64,000 nt of DNA from Antedon mediterranea (GCF_964355755.1 NC_092673.1:16154948-16218947), one strand, 5' to 3'. Positions 25,326-39,900 are shown, counted from the first letter of the stretch. Made by a program: numbers and translations. The notes: generated by a model not told the origin, from the letters alone.

Positions 25326-28300
25326 CAAATATTGATACAGTATTTTATAGTTAGATGGACAATTAGAGATTCCGCTACAATCTTATTCAAAGTGTATATT
25401 GCAGCTATTATTGATTGGTAGCACATCAAATATTGATACAGTATTTAGTTAGATGGACAATTAGAGATGCCCCTACAATCTTATTGTTCAAAGTGTATAT
25501 TGCAGCTATTATTGATTGGTAGCACATCAAATATTGATACAGTATTTAGTTAGATGGACAATTAGAGATGCCGCTACAATCTTATTGTTCAAAGTGTATA
25601 TTGCAGCTATTATTGATTGGTAGCACATCAAATATTGATACAGTATTTAGTTAGATGGACAATTAGAGATGCCGCTACAATCTTATTGTTCAAAGTGTAT
25701 ATTGCAGCTATTATTGATTGGTAGCACATCAAATATTGATACAGTATTTAGTTAGATGGACAATTAGAGATGCCCCTACAATCTTATTGTTCAAAGTGTA
25801 CATTGCAGCTATTATTGATTGGTAGCACATCAAATATTGATACAGTATTTAGTTAGATGGACAATTAGAGATGCCGCTACAATCTTATTGTTCAAAGTGT
25901 ATATTGCAGCTATTATTGATTGGTAGCACATCAAATATTGATACAGTATTTAGTTAGATGGACAATTAGAGATGCCGCTACAATCTTATTGTTCAAAGTG
26001 TAGATTGCAGCTATTATTGATTGGTAGCACATCAAATATTGATACAGTATTTAGTTAGATGGACAATTAGAGATGCCGCTACAATCTTATTGTTCAAAGT
26101 GTATATTGCAGCTATTATTGATTGGTAGCACATCAAATATTGATACAGTATTTAGTTAGATGGACAATTAGAGATGCCGCTACAATCTTATTGTTCAAAG
26201 TGTATATTGCAGCTATTATTGATTGGTAGCACATCAAATATTGATACAGTATTTAGTTAGATGGACAATTAGAGATGCCGCTACAATCTTATTGTTTAAA
26301 GTGTATATTGCAGCTATTATTGATTGGTAGCACATCAAATATTGATACAGTATTTAGTTAGATGGACAATTAGAGATGCCGCTACAATCTTATTGTTCAA
26401 AGTGTATATTGCAGCTATTATTGATTGGTAGCACATCAAATATTGATACAGTATTTAGTTAGATGGACAATTAGAGATGCCCCTACAATCTTATTGTTCA
26501 AAGTGTATATTGCAGCTATTATTGATTGGTAGCACATCAAATATTGATACAGTATTTAGTTAGATGGACAATTAGAGATGCCCCTACAATCTTATTGTTC
26601 AAAGTGTACATTGCAGCTATTATTGATTGGTAGCACATCAAATATTGATACAGTATTTAGTTAGATGGACAATTAGAGATGCCGCTACAATCTTATTGTT
26701 CAAAGTGTATATTGCAGCTATTATTGATTGGTAGCACATCAAATATTGATACAGTATTTAGTTAGATGGACAATTAGAGATGCCGCTACAATCTTATTGT
26801 TCAAAGTGTATATTGCAGCTATTATTGATTGGTAGCACATCAAATATTGATACAGTATTTAGTTAGATGGACAATTAGAGATGCCGCTACAATTTTATTG
26901 TTCAAAGTGTATATTGCAGCTATTATTGATTGGTAGCACATCAAATATTGATACAGTATTTAGTTAGATGGACAATTAGAGATGCCGCTACAATCTTATT
27001 GTTCAAAGTGTATATTGCAGCTATTATTGATTGGTAGCACATCAAATATTGATACAGTATTTAGTTAGATGGACAATTAGAGATGCCGCTACAATCTTAT
27101 TGTTTAAAGTGTATATTGCAGCTATTATTGATTGGTAGCACATCAAATATTGATACAGTATTTAGTTAGATGGACAATTAGAGATGCCGCTACAATCTTA
27201 TTGTTTAAAGTGTATATTGCAGCTATTATTGATTGGTAGCACATCAAATATTGATACAGTATTTAGTTAGATGGACAATTAGAGATGCCCCTACAATCTT
27301 ATTGTTCAAAGTGTATATTGCAGCTATTATTGATTGGTAGCACATCAAATATTGATACAGTATTTAGTTAGATGGACAATTAGAGATGCCGCTACAATCT
27401 TATTGTTCAAAGTGTATATTGCAGCTATTATTGATTGGTAGCACATCAAATATTGATACAGTATTTAGTTAGATGGACAATTAGAGATGCCCCTACAATC
27501 TTATTGTTCAAAGTGTATATTGCAGCTATTATTGATTGGTAGCACATCAAATATTGATACAGTATTTAGTTAGATGGACAATTAGAGATGCCGCTACAAT
27601 CTTATTGTTCAAAGTGTATATTGCAGCTATTATTGATTGGTAGCACATCAAATATTGATACAGTATTTAGTTAGATGGACAATTAGAGATGCCGCTACAA
27701 TCTTATTGTTCAAAGTGTATATTGCAGCTATTATTGATTGGTAGCACATCAAATATTGATACAGTATTTAGTTAGATGGACAATTAGAGATGCCCCTACA
27801 ATCTTATTGTTTAAAGTGTATATTGCAGCTATTATTGATTGGTAGCACATCAAATATTGATACAGTATTTAGTTAGATGGACAATTAGAGATGCCCCTAC
27901 AATCTTATTGTTCAAAGTGTATATTGCAGCTATTATTGATTGGTAGCACATCAAATATTGATACAGTATTTAGTTAGATGGACAATTAGAGATGCCCCTA
28001 CAATCTTATTGTTCAAAGTGTATATTGCAGCTATTATTGATTGGTAGCACATCAAATATTGATACAGTATTTAGTTAGATGGACAATTAGAGATGCCGCT
28101 ACAATCTTATTGTTCAAAGTGTATATTGCAGCTATTATTGATTGGTAGCACATCAAATATTGATACAGTATTTAGTTAGATGGACAATTAGAGATGCCGC
28201 TACAATCTTATTGTTTAAAGTGTATATTGCAGCTATTATTGATTGGTAGCACATCAAATATTGATACAGTATTTAGTTAGATGGACAATTAGAGATGCCG

Positions 28301-29849
28301 CTACAATCTTATTGTTTAAAGTGTATATTGCAGCTATTATTGATTGGTAGCACATCAAATATTGATACAGTATTTAGTTAGATGGACAATTAGAGATGCC
28401 CCTACAATCTTATTGTTCAAAGTGTATATTGCAGCTATTATTGATTGGTAGCACATCAAATATTGATACAGTATTTAGTTAGATGGACAATTAGAGATGC
28501 CGCTACAATCTTATTGTTCAAAGTGTATATTGCAGCTATTATTGATTGGTAGCACATCAAATATTGATACAGTATTTAGTTAGATGGACAATTAGAGATG
28601 CCGCTACAATCTTATTGTTCAAAGTGTATATTGCAGCTATTATTGATTGGTAGCACATCAAATATTGATACAGTATTTAGTTAGATGGACAATTAGAGAT
28701 GCCGCTACAATCTTATTGTTCAAAGTGTATATTGCAGCTATTATTGATTGGTAGCACATCAAATATTGATACAGTATTTAGTTAGATGGACAATTAGAGA
28801 TGCCGCTACAATCTTATTGTTCAAAGTGTATATTGCAGCTATTATTGATTGGTAGCACATCAAATATTGATACAGTATTTAGTTAGATGGACAATTAGAG
28901 ATGCCCCTACTATCTTATTGTTCAAAGTGTATATTGCAGCTATTATTGATTGGTAGCACATCAAATATTGATACAGTATTTAGTTAGATGGACAATTAGA
29001 GATGCCGCTACAATCTTATTGTTCAAAGTGTATATTGCAGCTATTATTGATTGGTAGCACATCAAATATTGATACAGTATTTAGTTAGATGGACAATTAG
29101 AGATGCCCCTACAATCTTATTGTTCAAAGTGTATATTGCAGCTATTATTGATTGGTAGCACATCAAATATTGATACAGTATTTAGTTAGATGGACAATTA
29201 GAGATGCCGCTACAATCTTATTGTTTAAAGTGTACATTGCAGCTATTATTGATTGGTAGCACATCAAATATTGATACAGTATTTAGTTAGATGGACAATT
29301 AGAGATGCCGCTACAATCTTATTGTTCAAAGTGTATATTGCAGCTATTATTGATTGGTAGCACATCAAATATTGATACAGTATTTAGTTAGATGGACAAT
29401 TAGAGATGCCCCTACAATCTTATTGTTCAAAGTGTATATTGCAGCTATTATTGATTGGTAGCACATCAAATATTGATACAGTATTTAGTTAGATGGACAA
29501 TTAGAGATGCCCCTACAATCTTATTGTTTAAAGTGTATATTGCAGCTATTATTGATTGGTAGCACATCAAATATTGATACAGTATTTAGTTAGATGGACA
29601 ATTAGAGATGCCCCTACAATCTTATTCAAAGTGTATATTGCAGCTATTATTGATTGGTAGCACATCAAATATTGATACAGTATTTAGTTAGATGGACAAT
29701 TAGAGATGCCGCTACAATCTTATTGTTCAAAGTGTATATTGCAGCTATTATTGATTGGTAGCACACCAAATATTGATACAGTATTTAGTTAGATGGACAA
29801 TTAGAGATGCCGCTACAATCTTATTGTTCAAAGTGTACATTGCAGCTAT
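25326..29849. repeat. Tandem array, 101-bp unit, ~45 near-identical copies
   Basis: Unit CAAATATTGATACAGTATTTAGTTAGATGGACAATTAGAGATGCCSCTACAATCTTATTGTTCAAAGTGTATATTGCAGCTATTATTGATTGGTAGCACAT. Confidence 0.98.
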
Positions 29850-30984
29850 AAACATGTTAAAGTAAAATAATAATTTGATAAATGAAAACAATTCAAATTA
29901 ATAAGAGGACGCAATAGGATATGATGGCAGCAAATATGTGTTTGATGGTGATAAAATGATTACTGATAATAATGTTGCTATTTTTTTGTATTAATAACTA
30001 TGGTAGTTATGATTAATGATGCTAAGTTGTATTTTAAATCAAGAAATCATGTAATAATTAGACCATGACAATCTAAATGTATTGTAACCAAGACAATAAT
30101 ATTTTCCACTCAACAATATAATTTTTTTGTGGATAAATTCAAAAGCTGTAGGAATCCTTGTATTTATAGTACAGAGATTTTTACAAAAAATGACCAAATT
30201 GATAATTATAACTATTAATGATGTGCAATTGTCAGTCTGTGTTAACTGTCACCATTTTTAATTCATATTTTGCGATATCAATGTTGTCATTCTTCATGCT
30301 GCATTTTGGTTAAAGTGTGGCCTATTGTACTTAATAGGCCTAACAATAAATATAATAAGTCAATTTACATTAATATTTTGTTCTTTCTTTTCTAAGTTTG
30401 CAAAATTACAAAAACAAAACATGACAAACACATATCTGTGTTTGTTCTGTTTTGTTTTTGTAATTTTGAACATATTTACATTAATTATAAATAACTAACA
30501 TGTGCATATTATGCAAATTAGACCTGAGGTAAAACGGAAGTACAGAACGATGTTTAAACATAATGATTTGAATAAATAAATGTTTTTGTACAGAACTGAA
30601 TTATATTTTTTATATGAATGAATTTTCTAATACCTATTTGTTAAAAATGAAATGTTTTATATTTTGATATTTTTCACTTTTAATTCAATTTTGTAAATTA
30701 AAACTCAATTAAGTATTTATGCTGCTGTGTTTTAATGTTTATATTCATATATTCTTAAATAAATACTAATGAATGAAAAGCTTTTTGTTTGTTTGTAAGG
30801 ATTGTGTGTTTGTTTGGAAGGGGGAGATTTTAACATCGGAGAGATCATTATACTGTATCAAAATGTACGTGGTTTGCTATTCATCGTATATTATACAAAA
30901 TATCCATTCCACCAATCCAGAGAGTAATAAAGTTCTTCGATATTATACATTACACAGCGATAATGTTACGTCTACAAAAATGGT

Positions 30985-31015
30985 GATTGCGCCCTCTATA
31001 AAAAATAAAAGTTTA
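30985..31015 (+). promoter_or_regulatory. Candidate TATA-containing core promoter of gene B
   Basis: GATTGCGCCCTCTATAAAAAATAAA lies ~50 bp upstream of the first ATG and is conserved in the paralogous copy at 39801. Confidence 0.45.
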
Positions 31016-31044
31016 TTCACCCAACAAACCACTCAACAACATGC

Positions 31045-34000
31045 ATGGGATGCCGAAGAATGTCAAACACAAGAAGTAAGTTTTTGTTTCATTATTATCA
31101 TTACTGTAATAGGACCATATAGTATTAACATTAAATATAGTTTGAGATCTTAAATTAGATCTAAAAAATGTAGGGAAGGTGTCTTTAATGTCACCAAGTT
31201 AATTTAATGATAGATGATACCACACATACTGACATGAAATTATTAAAATATTTAAAAAAAATCGTATCTCTTCACAGATGAGCAAGACGATACAGCGACT
31301 ACTACACAAGCCAGTGAACAAGGTATGATCCATTGATGATACAGTCAAGTGTATAAATACTAATTTACATTTTGTCAAACCAAAATTGAACTGTTCACCG
31401 CTGTTAAAAAACGGTACCAAGCATTATTATTATTAAACTATCTGTTTTTTTTGGCTTAACTCTTTCACTGCGTGTACCCGGTATTACTAAGTATAAACAA
31501 ATGTCGTTGAACTGTGGTATACTCGGTATTACCGGGTATGAGAAAAATTATTATTTATTTGTATTTGCCTATAATATAGCACCCTCTATAGTTTTTTGAT
31601 AAACTTGAATACAGTATTTGCAATTCATTAAAACTAATTTTTAGCACAACATGCGCCCTCTATAGTTGTTAATATCGTCTTGAAATTTCTATTTCAACTT
31701 GCGCCCTCTATCACATGTTATTATTATTATAACCTTGTAATTAAAATTATTTTAACCATGGAAAGTTATATTATTAACTACAATGACACATAAACATTCT
31801 CCAGTTACCAATTTACCCACCCCAATAGAACAATATCATGTTCATTCTGCAAAAAGAATTCTGAATTAGTTGTTAGTTTTTCTGTAACAATGATTTGATG
31901 ATTTTGACCAACAATTTATGCCTAATTTTTTATAAAATGATAAAAATAATTCAAATTTGTTTGATATTTTTATTCATTACACATATCTTCATCAATATCC
32001 AGTGGGAAAACCATATTCCATAAAAACTATAGAAAAAATAGTTTTTATCATAAATTGATAAAAAAACAGAAAATCCAAAATAGATGTAATGATGTCATTA
32101 ATATGCAAATTAGCTTTTTTTTTACTTCTAACCATAGACCAACCTTTTAAAATAATTAAAAAATTATGTCATTTATTCTTTTTTGCACATTTCTTAAATG
32201 CATATGCACATAGCTGGGACTAATGTTTCAATGAAGTAAATGTTTGTGTATATTAAATAATTAATAATTTATTGCCATCTGCCACAACTTCCCATCTTAT
32301 TAAAATAATACTAATGACAATGGCAGTGAAATAAGAAATAATACTTGGACAAAACATGCAAAATTGTATTATTTCACAAGATTCCAATAAAAACTACTTT
32401 TTCACAGATGTGCAAGATGGTTCAGTGACCTCTGCATTAGCACAGTCTGACATCCAAGGCAGTCAACAAGGTAGGATCCATTGATTACATTTAAAAATAA
32501 AACTAAATAATAATAATAATAACTGTAGTTATTCAAAATGTATACATTTTAGATGAAAATGTATAGTTATGTTACTCTCCAAAATGAACATAAAATGTAT
32601 AGTTATGTTACTCTCCAAAATGAACATAAAATGTATAGTTATGTTACTCTCCAAAATGAAAATGATGAACATAAACAGTCATTTATTTGTGTGTCACTCA
32701 TACAAAATAAAAAGCTTTGTCATTAATGTGTAATATATAACTGTCTTTTTTGTATTTTTGTTTGAACAGAATTAACAAAGCTATTAGCATCAGATTCACC
32801 AGTTACTGTTAATGAGGAATTAAAAACACAAATGAAGAAAGTGATGATTGAGGAACAGGAAAGAAAACTTGAAGCAGAGAGCGGTGAGTTAAGGATCATA
32901 AATTAATTTACTTTTTATTTCGTCACACTCAACAGTGACACAAGTCAAGTCAATTGCAAAGTTCAACAATAGAAAATGATGAACATATTTAAACATAATT
33001 ATATAAACAAAATCCAAAGCAGTCTTAAGCTGGCCTTTAATATACTGTTCAACGTATACTAACAATAACTGTCTTTTCTGGATTTTTTTATTGAACAGAA
33101 GTGACAAAGCAGTTTCCATCGGATTCTTCAGATACTCTTAGTGATGAATTTCAAACACAAGTAGTGGAACAGGAAACTAAACCTGAACCAGAGAGTGGTG
33201 AGTGTCATAAAATATTAGTTGTGTTATTATATGGTTAAAATAACTTTAAATGTAGAATGGATTTTAGCTACATTTTTTTTTTATTTCAACATTTATAAAA
33301 AAAAGAATGTCTTTAAACAGAATTAGAAAAAAATACTAAATTCATACATTTAAACGATTGATAAGGTAAATAACTTATTTAACTAATCTTTAAAACAACA
33401 TGTCTTTTATTATTTAGTCAAGAATAAAAGCTGATACACTGAACAATATCTGCATAAATACTGTCATGATATTTATATATAAGTTGCTGTGACACTTACA
33501 GGCCACCGTACTTTGATCACACAAACAAAACATATTCATTATGGTCGGCAATGTATTATCAACAAACTTAAAAATAAGAGATAGTTCTCTATCCAATGTA
33601 AATAGAACAGTTTATATTTCATCAAAGAACATATTGTTATTGTTAATCTTATTTTGATATGCTTGCTCTATAAATTCAACAACAGATTAATTATGATTGG
33701 TCAAAGCTCTCTGTGAAGCTGTCAACATCTTTGAAAATAGGCTTCTGGGCTCAACTTACTAAGTATTTGCTGCCCCATATATCTGGGAAAATTGGCCGTT
33801 GGTAGAGACAAAATTTGAAATTTACTTTGTTATTTATAAAGTCGCAAATTAGCTTGCAACATACAAATACATTGCAAAATAATAACAAATTGATATTAAT
33901 TAATAATCAAATTAGGGTGTGTTACATTGTATAGGTCTATGGTACAGGGCTCAGGTGGCAGGCCTTTACTTTACTTGCCAACTAATGTTTATTTTTTTCT

Positions 34001-36395
34001 TATATAAATTTTCTGGTTTTTTATTGTAATAACCTAATGCTATTTTTTGTAATATATTAATAAACCATAAATCAATTAAAAAAAATGAGGTTCTGCACAG
34101 TAAATGAAGATGATAATGGATGAAAATGTATTAGAAATTTATGTTATTGTGGTTGATTGTGTTGAGTAATGAATAATCAAATGCTGTTGCTTGTGATATT
34201 TAATTCTTAATACTAATACTTATTTCAGATCTGCAGTCGCCAGAAAATGACAGGTAAGTAGTACTGTATAATGAGTGTATCACAGTATCTATACTGTTTA
34301 TTTATACTCTCCAATACCATAGAGATAGACCAACACCCTGCTAGTTAATTGTTTGCCCTGAGATGATAGTCTGGAAGGGATACATATTATTACTATCACT
34401 TGTGTGTCTATCAGTTCAGTTGTATACTAATAACATAACCTGTTAATACAACCATAAAGTTCAACCATAGAAATAGTGTTGAAACAATTATACACAAAAT
34501 CAAGAATAACAAACATCAAAAGAACTTTTAAACCCAACAACCAAGTTATAATAATAATGAAACAATCCTGGTTTTATATAGAATTACATTCTGCATAAGC
34601 TTAACGGAGGATGACGGACCTTTTGTCCTACCAATATTTTTAATTTCAGTAAGATATATGCCACACTTCCGTTTTGGCCGACAGACTCCCATATTTATAC
34701 TTGTCTCCTTATGCTCCTGGTTTTATATTCTCCCGTATTACAAAGATAACTGAACTTTGATGTATATGTGTTGCTTTCTGCAATAAAATATAAAAAAAAA
34801 GCTAAAAAAACATACAAATTTATGATATTTAAGTCATAATTTATTGATCACCTTATTGAAGGGGATTCTTTTCACATAGTCATTATGGTATCAATTGCTC
34901 CTTGCATTTCCTGATTTTGATAATAATACTGTAAAAAAGGGAGTGGGGATGGGTTGCTAGAACCATAAAACCCTCCTGCTTACGAGTCTGTTATCCTTAT
35001 TATAGGGAGTGGGGAGGGGTTGCTAGACCATAAAACCCTCCTGCTTACGAGTCTGTTATCCTTATTATAGGGAGTGGGGAGGGGTTGCTAGAACCATAAA
35101 ACCCTCCTGCTTACGAGTCTGTTATCCTTATTATAGGGAGTGGGGAAGGGTTGCTAGACAATAAAAACCCTCCTGCTTATGAGTCTGTTATCCTTATTAT
35201 AGGGAGTGGGGAGGGGTTGCTAGACCATAAAACCCTCCTGCTTACGAGTCTGTTATCCTTATTATAGGGAGTGGGGAGGGGTTGCTAGAACCATAAAACC
35301 CTCCTGCTTACGAGTCTGTTATCCTTATTATAGGGAGTGGGGAGGGGTTGCTAGACCATAAAAACCCTCCTGCTTATGAGTCTGTTATCCTTATTATAGG
35401 GAGTGGGGAGGAGTTGCTAGAACCATAAAACCCTCCTCCTTACGAGTCTGTTATCCTTATTATAGGGAGTGGGGAGGGGTTGCTAGACAATAAAAACCCT
35501 CCTGCTTATGAGTCTGTTATCCTTATTATAGGGAGTGGGGAGGGGTTGCTAGAACCATAAAACCCTCCTGCTTACGAATCTGTTATCCTTATTATAGGAA
35601 GTGGGGAGGGGTTGCTAGACCATAAAAATCCTCCTGCTTATGAGTCTGTTATCCTTATTATAGGGAGTGGGGAGGGGTTGCTAGAACCATAAAACCCTCC
35701 TGCTTACGAGTCTGTTATCCTTATTATAGGGAGTGTGGAGGGGTTGCTAGAACCATAAAACCCTCCTGCTTACGAGTCTGTTATCCTTATTATAGGGCGT
35801 GGGGAGGGGTTGCTAGAATCATAAAACCCTCCTGCTTACGAGTCTGTTATCCTTATTATAGGGAGTGGGGAGGGGTTGCTAGAACCATAAAACCCTCCTG
35901 CTTACGAGTCTGTTATCCTTATTATAGGGAGTGTGGAGGGGTTGCTAGAACCATACTTACTTTACGAGTAATCTTTATTATAGGTTTACTAATGTGTACA
36001 TATACATTTTTATTTCTAGCCTGAAAGAAAGCATACAGACATTTGTCAAAGGTAATTTCCTTAGTCTTATGTTGAAACCGAATAAAATCAAATCAAGTCA
36101 TGAGTCTTAAAAAATTGAAATGAGGCAAATCAAAGAAATGTATTTTTTTCACTTTTATAGCTATAAACAAAATAATTAAGTTCCAACAAATATAAAAGTT
36201 GTAATTGTAGATTTTGATTTTCAAATTTAATAAACGCAAAAAAAATAATAATAAAACTGTAAAATCTTGAAAGCTCACACAAAAATTAAAGGTGTTTAAA
36301 TCAATAATTTTTTTTCCCTTTTTCTTTCAGAGAACTGTGGCTTGATAATTTGTTGTATTGTAGCTGTAGTATTGGCATATAAGCATTGGAAATAG
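31045..36395 (+). CDS. Gene B: small acidic tail-anchored membrane protein (~155 aa). Exons 31045-31075, 31278-31322, 32408-32470, 32770-32883, 33099-33197, 34229-34253, 36020-36051, 36331-36395
   Basis: Canonical AG/GT boundaries and compatible phases (1,1,1,1,1,2,1) give an open frame: MGCRRMSNTRNEQDDTATTTQASEQ DVQDGSVTS.. ELTKLLASDSP.. EVTKQFPSDSS.. DLQSPENDSLKESIQTFVK ENCGLIICCIVAVVLAYKHWK*. Start codon (31045 or 31060) is uncertain. Confidence 0.65.
32557..32665. repeat. 36-bp unit, ~3 copies
   Basis: Unit AAAATGTATAGTTATGTTACTCTCCAAAATGAACAT. Confidence 0.9.
34938..35955. repeat. Intronic tandem array, 65-66-bp unit, ~15 copies
   Basis: Unit AGGGAGTGGGGAGGGGTTGCTAGAACCATAAAACCCTCCTGCTTACGAGTCTGTTATCCTTATTAT. 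Confidence 0.97.
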
Positions 36396-39300
36396 TATTG
36401 GTTACTGTTGGTTCATTTATTTGGGCTCTATGTTTTGAGAAAAATTTATCAAGAGGATATATTGTGATGCATCATTATTGAAAAAATGTCTATTTTTTCA
36501 ATGATGGAATTCTATCTTAGTACCACAAATAGTATAGCCTGTTTCACTGCACACCAGGCCATATGAATACCTGAAGAAATCTGAGTTATGTTGTAAACCA
36601 CTTTGATAGATTATTACATACCACATCTGAGTTATGTTGTAAACCACTTTGATACAGATAGATTATTACATACCACAATAAACCATACTTTTTAATATGC
36701 CATCTTTAAAAATTAAACAAGTGAGATCTTCTTAGTAGAATACTCTCAGCTTTAATATATCAACATCATTAAAGAAAACAGGTTAACAGTATTTCTTATC
36801 AAATTTTGTTTAAAACCTTTTCAGTACAATTCCTATCAATTTGATACCTCATAACCCCTGAAGGCCAGTATCTCTCTATACTCACCAACCTCCACCCCTC
36901 TTCAATCAAATCCTTCCCAGTATAAATTTCAATTCAACAACTTCATAGTGAGAGACCAAGCCGGCGATATATAGCTATGATGAGCCTATGGTTTAAGTAC
37001 TTTGTAAACTGTGTAAATGAATAGGTGTAATATTGGCTAATGATTAAAATATCAAATTTTGAATTACCTCTGCCCAGCCTTCTTTATCCTCTCCCCATCC
37101 CAGCCACAATCAACAAACCTTAACGCCTCCCTAGGACAGTTAAAATGTAGTAACTGTTCCCAGTACAATTCCAATCATGTTGTACCTTATTAACGCCAGT
37201 ATCTCCGCCCTTCCCCTCCCAACACAACCCGTAATGGGGTGATGTGTTTCCAGTACAATTATGATGAGCCATCATTCCCAAAGTTTTCGAATGTAGTTTA
37301 AAACATTCCCAGGATAGGCCTACACTCCAAACTCCCAACCGCTTCCCAAGGATAATTACAATACTTTAAAAAGTTTCTACTACAATTCATTGCGGTAATT
37401 TTGATACCCATATGTATGGTTACGAGCATAAACAAACATCAAAATTGCGGAAAAGTGAGGCATTTTCACCATATTTTGGCCCCTAACTTGGATCCAAAAT
37501 GGCAGATAATGTTCAAATATAGTTTAAAACATTCCCAGTACAATTGAGGTCATTTTGTCGAACAAACATTATAAGTGGAGAAAAGTGAGGGATTTTGACC
37601 CCATTTTGGCTTCTAACTTGGATTCAAGATGGCGATTCAAGATGTTCAAAAATAATTTAGATCCTTCCCAGTACAATTGCAGTTATTTTGATACCCCGCT
37701 ATGTATGAAAAAATATTTGTATAATGAAACAGACAAACAAACATACAAACTCTCACTTATAATATAGATTTGTAGTTAATTTTAAATCATTATAAATAAA
37801 TACTTATATAATTACCATTAATTGTATATTGTAATAATATATTTGTAAAGAATTTTAATACATCTTAAATTATAAATATAAATATTGTTATACTGTATAA
37901 ATTAATATTTATCTGTGTAAATTATTATTTTTTACATTGTTATGTTGAGGACCCCTTCTGAAACAACTATCAAGCTTAAAGAGGGTGGGGGTGTGAGAGT
38001 ACAGTTATCAATTCTAACAATAATTGATAAAATGCTTTTTAATTTTTGAATTCAATTTAGCAATTATTTCATTCTGCCGTTGCGATAAATACACCCGTCC
38101 ATACAGTGATGAAATATCGGTATCATTAAGCAGTAGGACAATCCCGCCGAAAACGAGGCAGTTGAAATCTATGGATCATATAAGATTCAGTTTAATGTAG
38201 GTTTGTGTTTGCTGATACAGACCAATTGCTCAATTTCAAAATCTAATGGAAAGTAGATGGATGGACAAACAGACAGACATACATACTATTTTGTTATGTT
38301 TACAGTTTAGATACCTCAAGTTGTACACAATTAGCACACATATTTAAATTTTGTTTTCTTCAAGTATTGAAACACTGTATTTAGTTAAATTCCTCTACAA
38401 TCTTATTGTGTTTTCATTAGTGTATATTGCAGCTATGTTGATAAGAATGTGTTAAATGAAAACATTTTGTCAAATATGTATTTGATATGTTTTTGTTGAT
38501 AAGAATAGTAGTACTGATAATTTTGAAATTGTTTGTGTTGTCAACGATGATAATAACAGTGTAATTTTAATCAAATCATGTAATAATTAGACACATGACA
38601 ATCTAAGTGTATTGTGACCAAGACAATCATATTTTCCACTTAACAACACAATTTATTGTGGATAATTTAACCCACAAGCTGTAGTTGTTTACAGGTACAA
38701 TTGATAATTATAACTATTAATGATACAAATTTATCAGATATTTATATTATTGAAATGAATTTCTAAATAAAAATACATTGTCAATTTAATTTTGTTGTTG
38801 TTATGTTTGGTTTATTTTTTGCTATCCTATGTATTATGATAATTTTGCTATTCTATGTATTAGAATATTTATATATAACATATCAAAATCTTTTAATAAA
38901 GAAACTAAACAAAATTTGTAAAAAGTATACATGAATGATTTGCATTTGTATAGAACGCCTTTGTCTTAAAATTCCGTCTCCACCCTGCTTTGACGTGATT
39001 TCTTTGTTTAACATACCTAGGTCTATTGTTCTATTGTGGCAGTCCAGCAATCACATAGTGGTTTTCTAACGTTAGTGTTTGGTTAATGTTTAGGTTCACT
39101 AATAACCGTTATTTTATTACATTTCTATGACGTAAAAAGAAACATTCAGATAACGTTTTTAGGTTAGCATTTACAGGATACATAACGCTATAAAAACGGT
39201 ACTTGAATTTTAAAACTATAAAAATCTGAAAAAAAATCAATAAAAACATTATTAGATAATGCCTCATTTCTATCATTTTATTATACATAACCCTAACCCT

Positions 39301-39800
39301 TTATTTGTTAATACTGTACTAACTTAATTATTTAGATAGATTTAGATACACAAAGGCGCTAGGCCGGCAAAAGTTATTAAAATATGTTTCAGAACACCAG
39401 GTTTATTTCATTGGTACATTATATTTTATCAGTAAACCGTATATTAAATGCCTGGAATTTTTATCATTTTATTTTATTGATGATCCTCCTTTATCTGCAA
39501 AAAAGTAAAAACATTATTAGATAGGTCTACATTGTTATATAATTATGTAAACATTTTGTATATTCTTAAGTTGTTGGAATTCGATCATGATTAAGTCAAT
39601 TACAAGGCGGTAGACCGGGAACCAGTCAACTGACAGAAGAGGGCTCTCAATGTCATTTCTATTGACGTACCTGCACACAATATTCATAATCACACACCAC
39701 CACTTTAATAATGGAATAACCCTAAAAAAAACTCCGGAGCCAAAACGGCAGTTGATCCGTAGCAGTGATAAAAATATATGTACGTACGTAGGCAAATTGT

Positions 39801-39900
39801 GATTGCGCCCTCTATAAAAAATAAAGTTTATCACACCCACCACACGTTTTATACAGTTTCTGAAGAATGTCAAAAACAAGAAGTAAGTTTTGTTTCATTA
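39801..39900 (+). promoter_or_regulatory. Paralogous promoter/first exon, probably the 5' UTR exon of gene C
   Basis: Matches 30985-31098: GATTGCGCCCTCTATAAAAAATAAA...GAAGAATGTCAAAAACAAGAA|GTAAGTTTTGTTTCATTATTATCA. Confidence 0.5.

Noticed and set aside
24166-29849. Regular arrays as CRISPR
   Set aside because: Units are contiguous with no unique spacers, no cas genes are present, and the context is eukaryotic.
31456-32335. piggyBac-like MITE (TTAA CTCTTTCACTGC ... GCAGTGAAATAAG)
   Set aside because: Right end is degenerate and lacks a TTAA; not supportable as a defined element.
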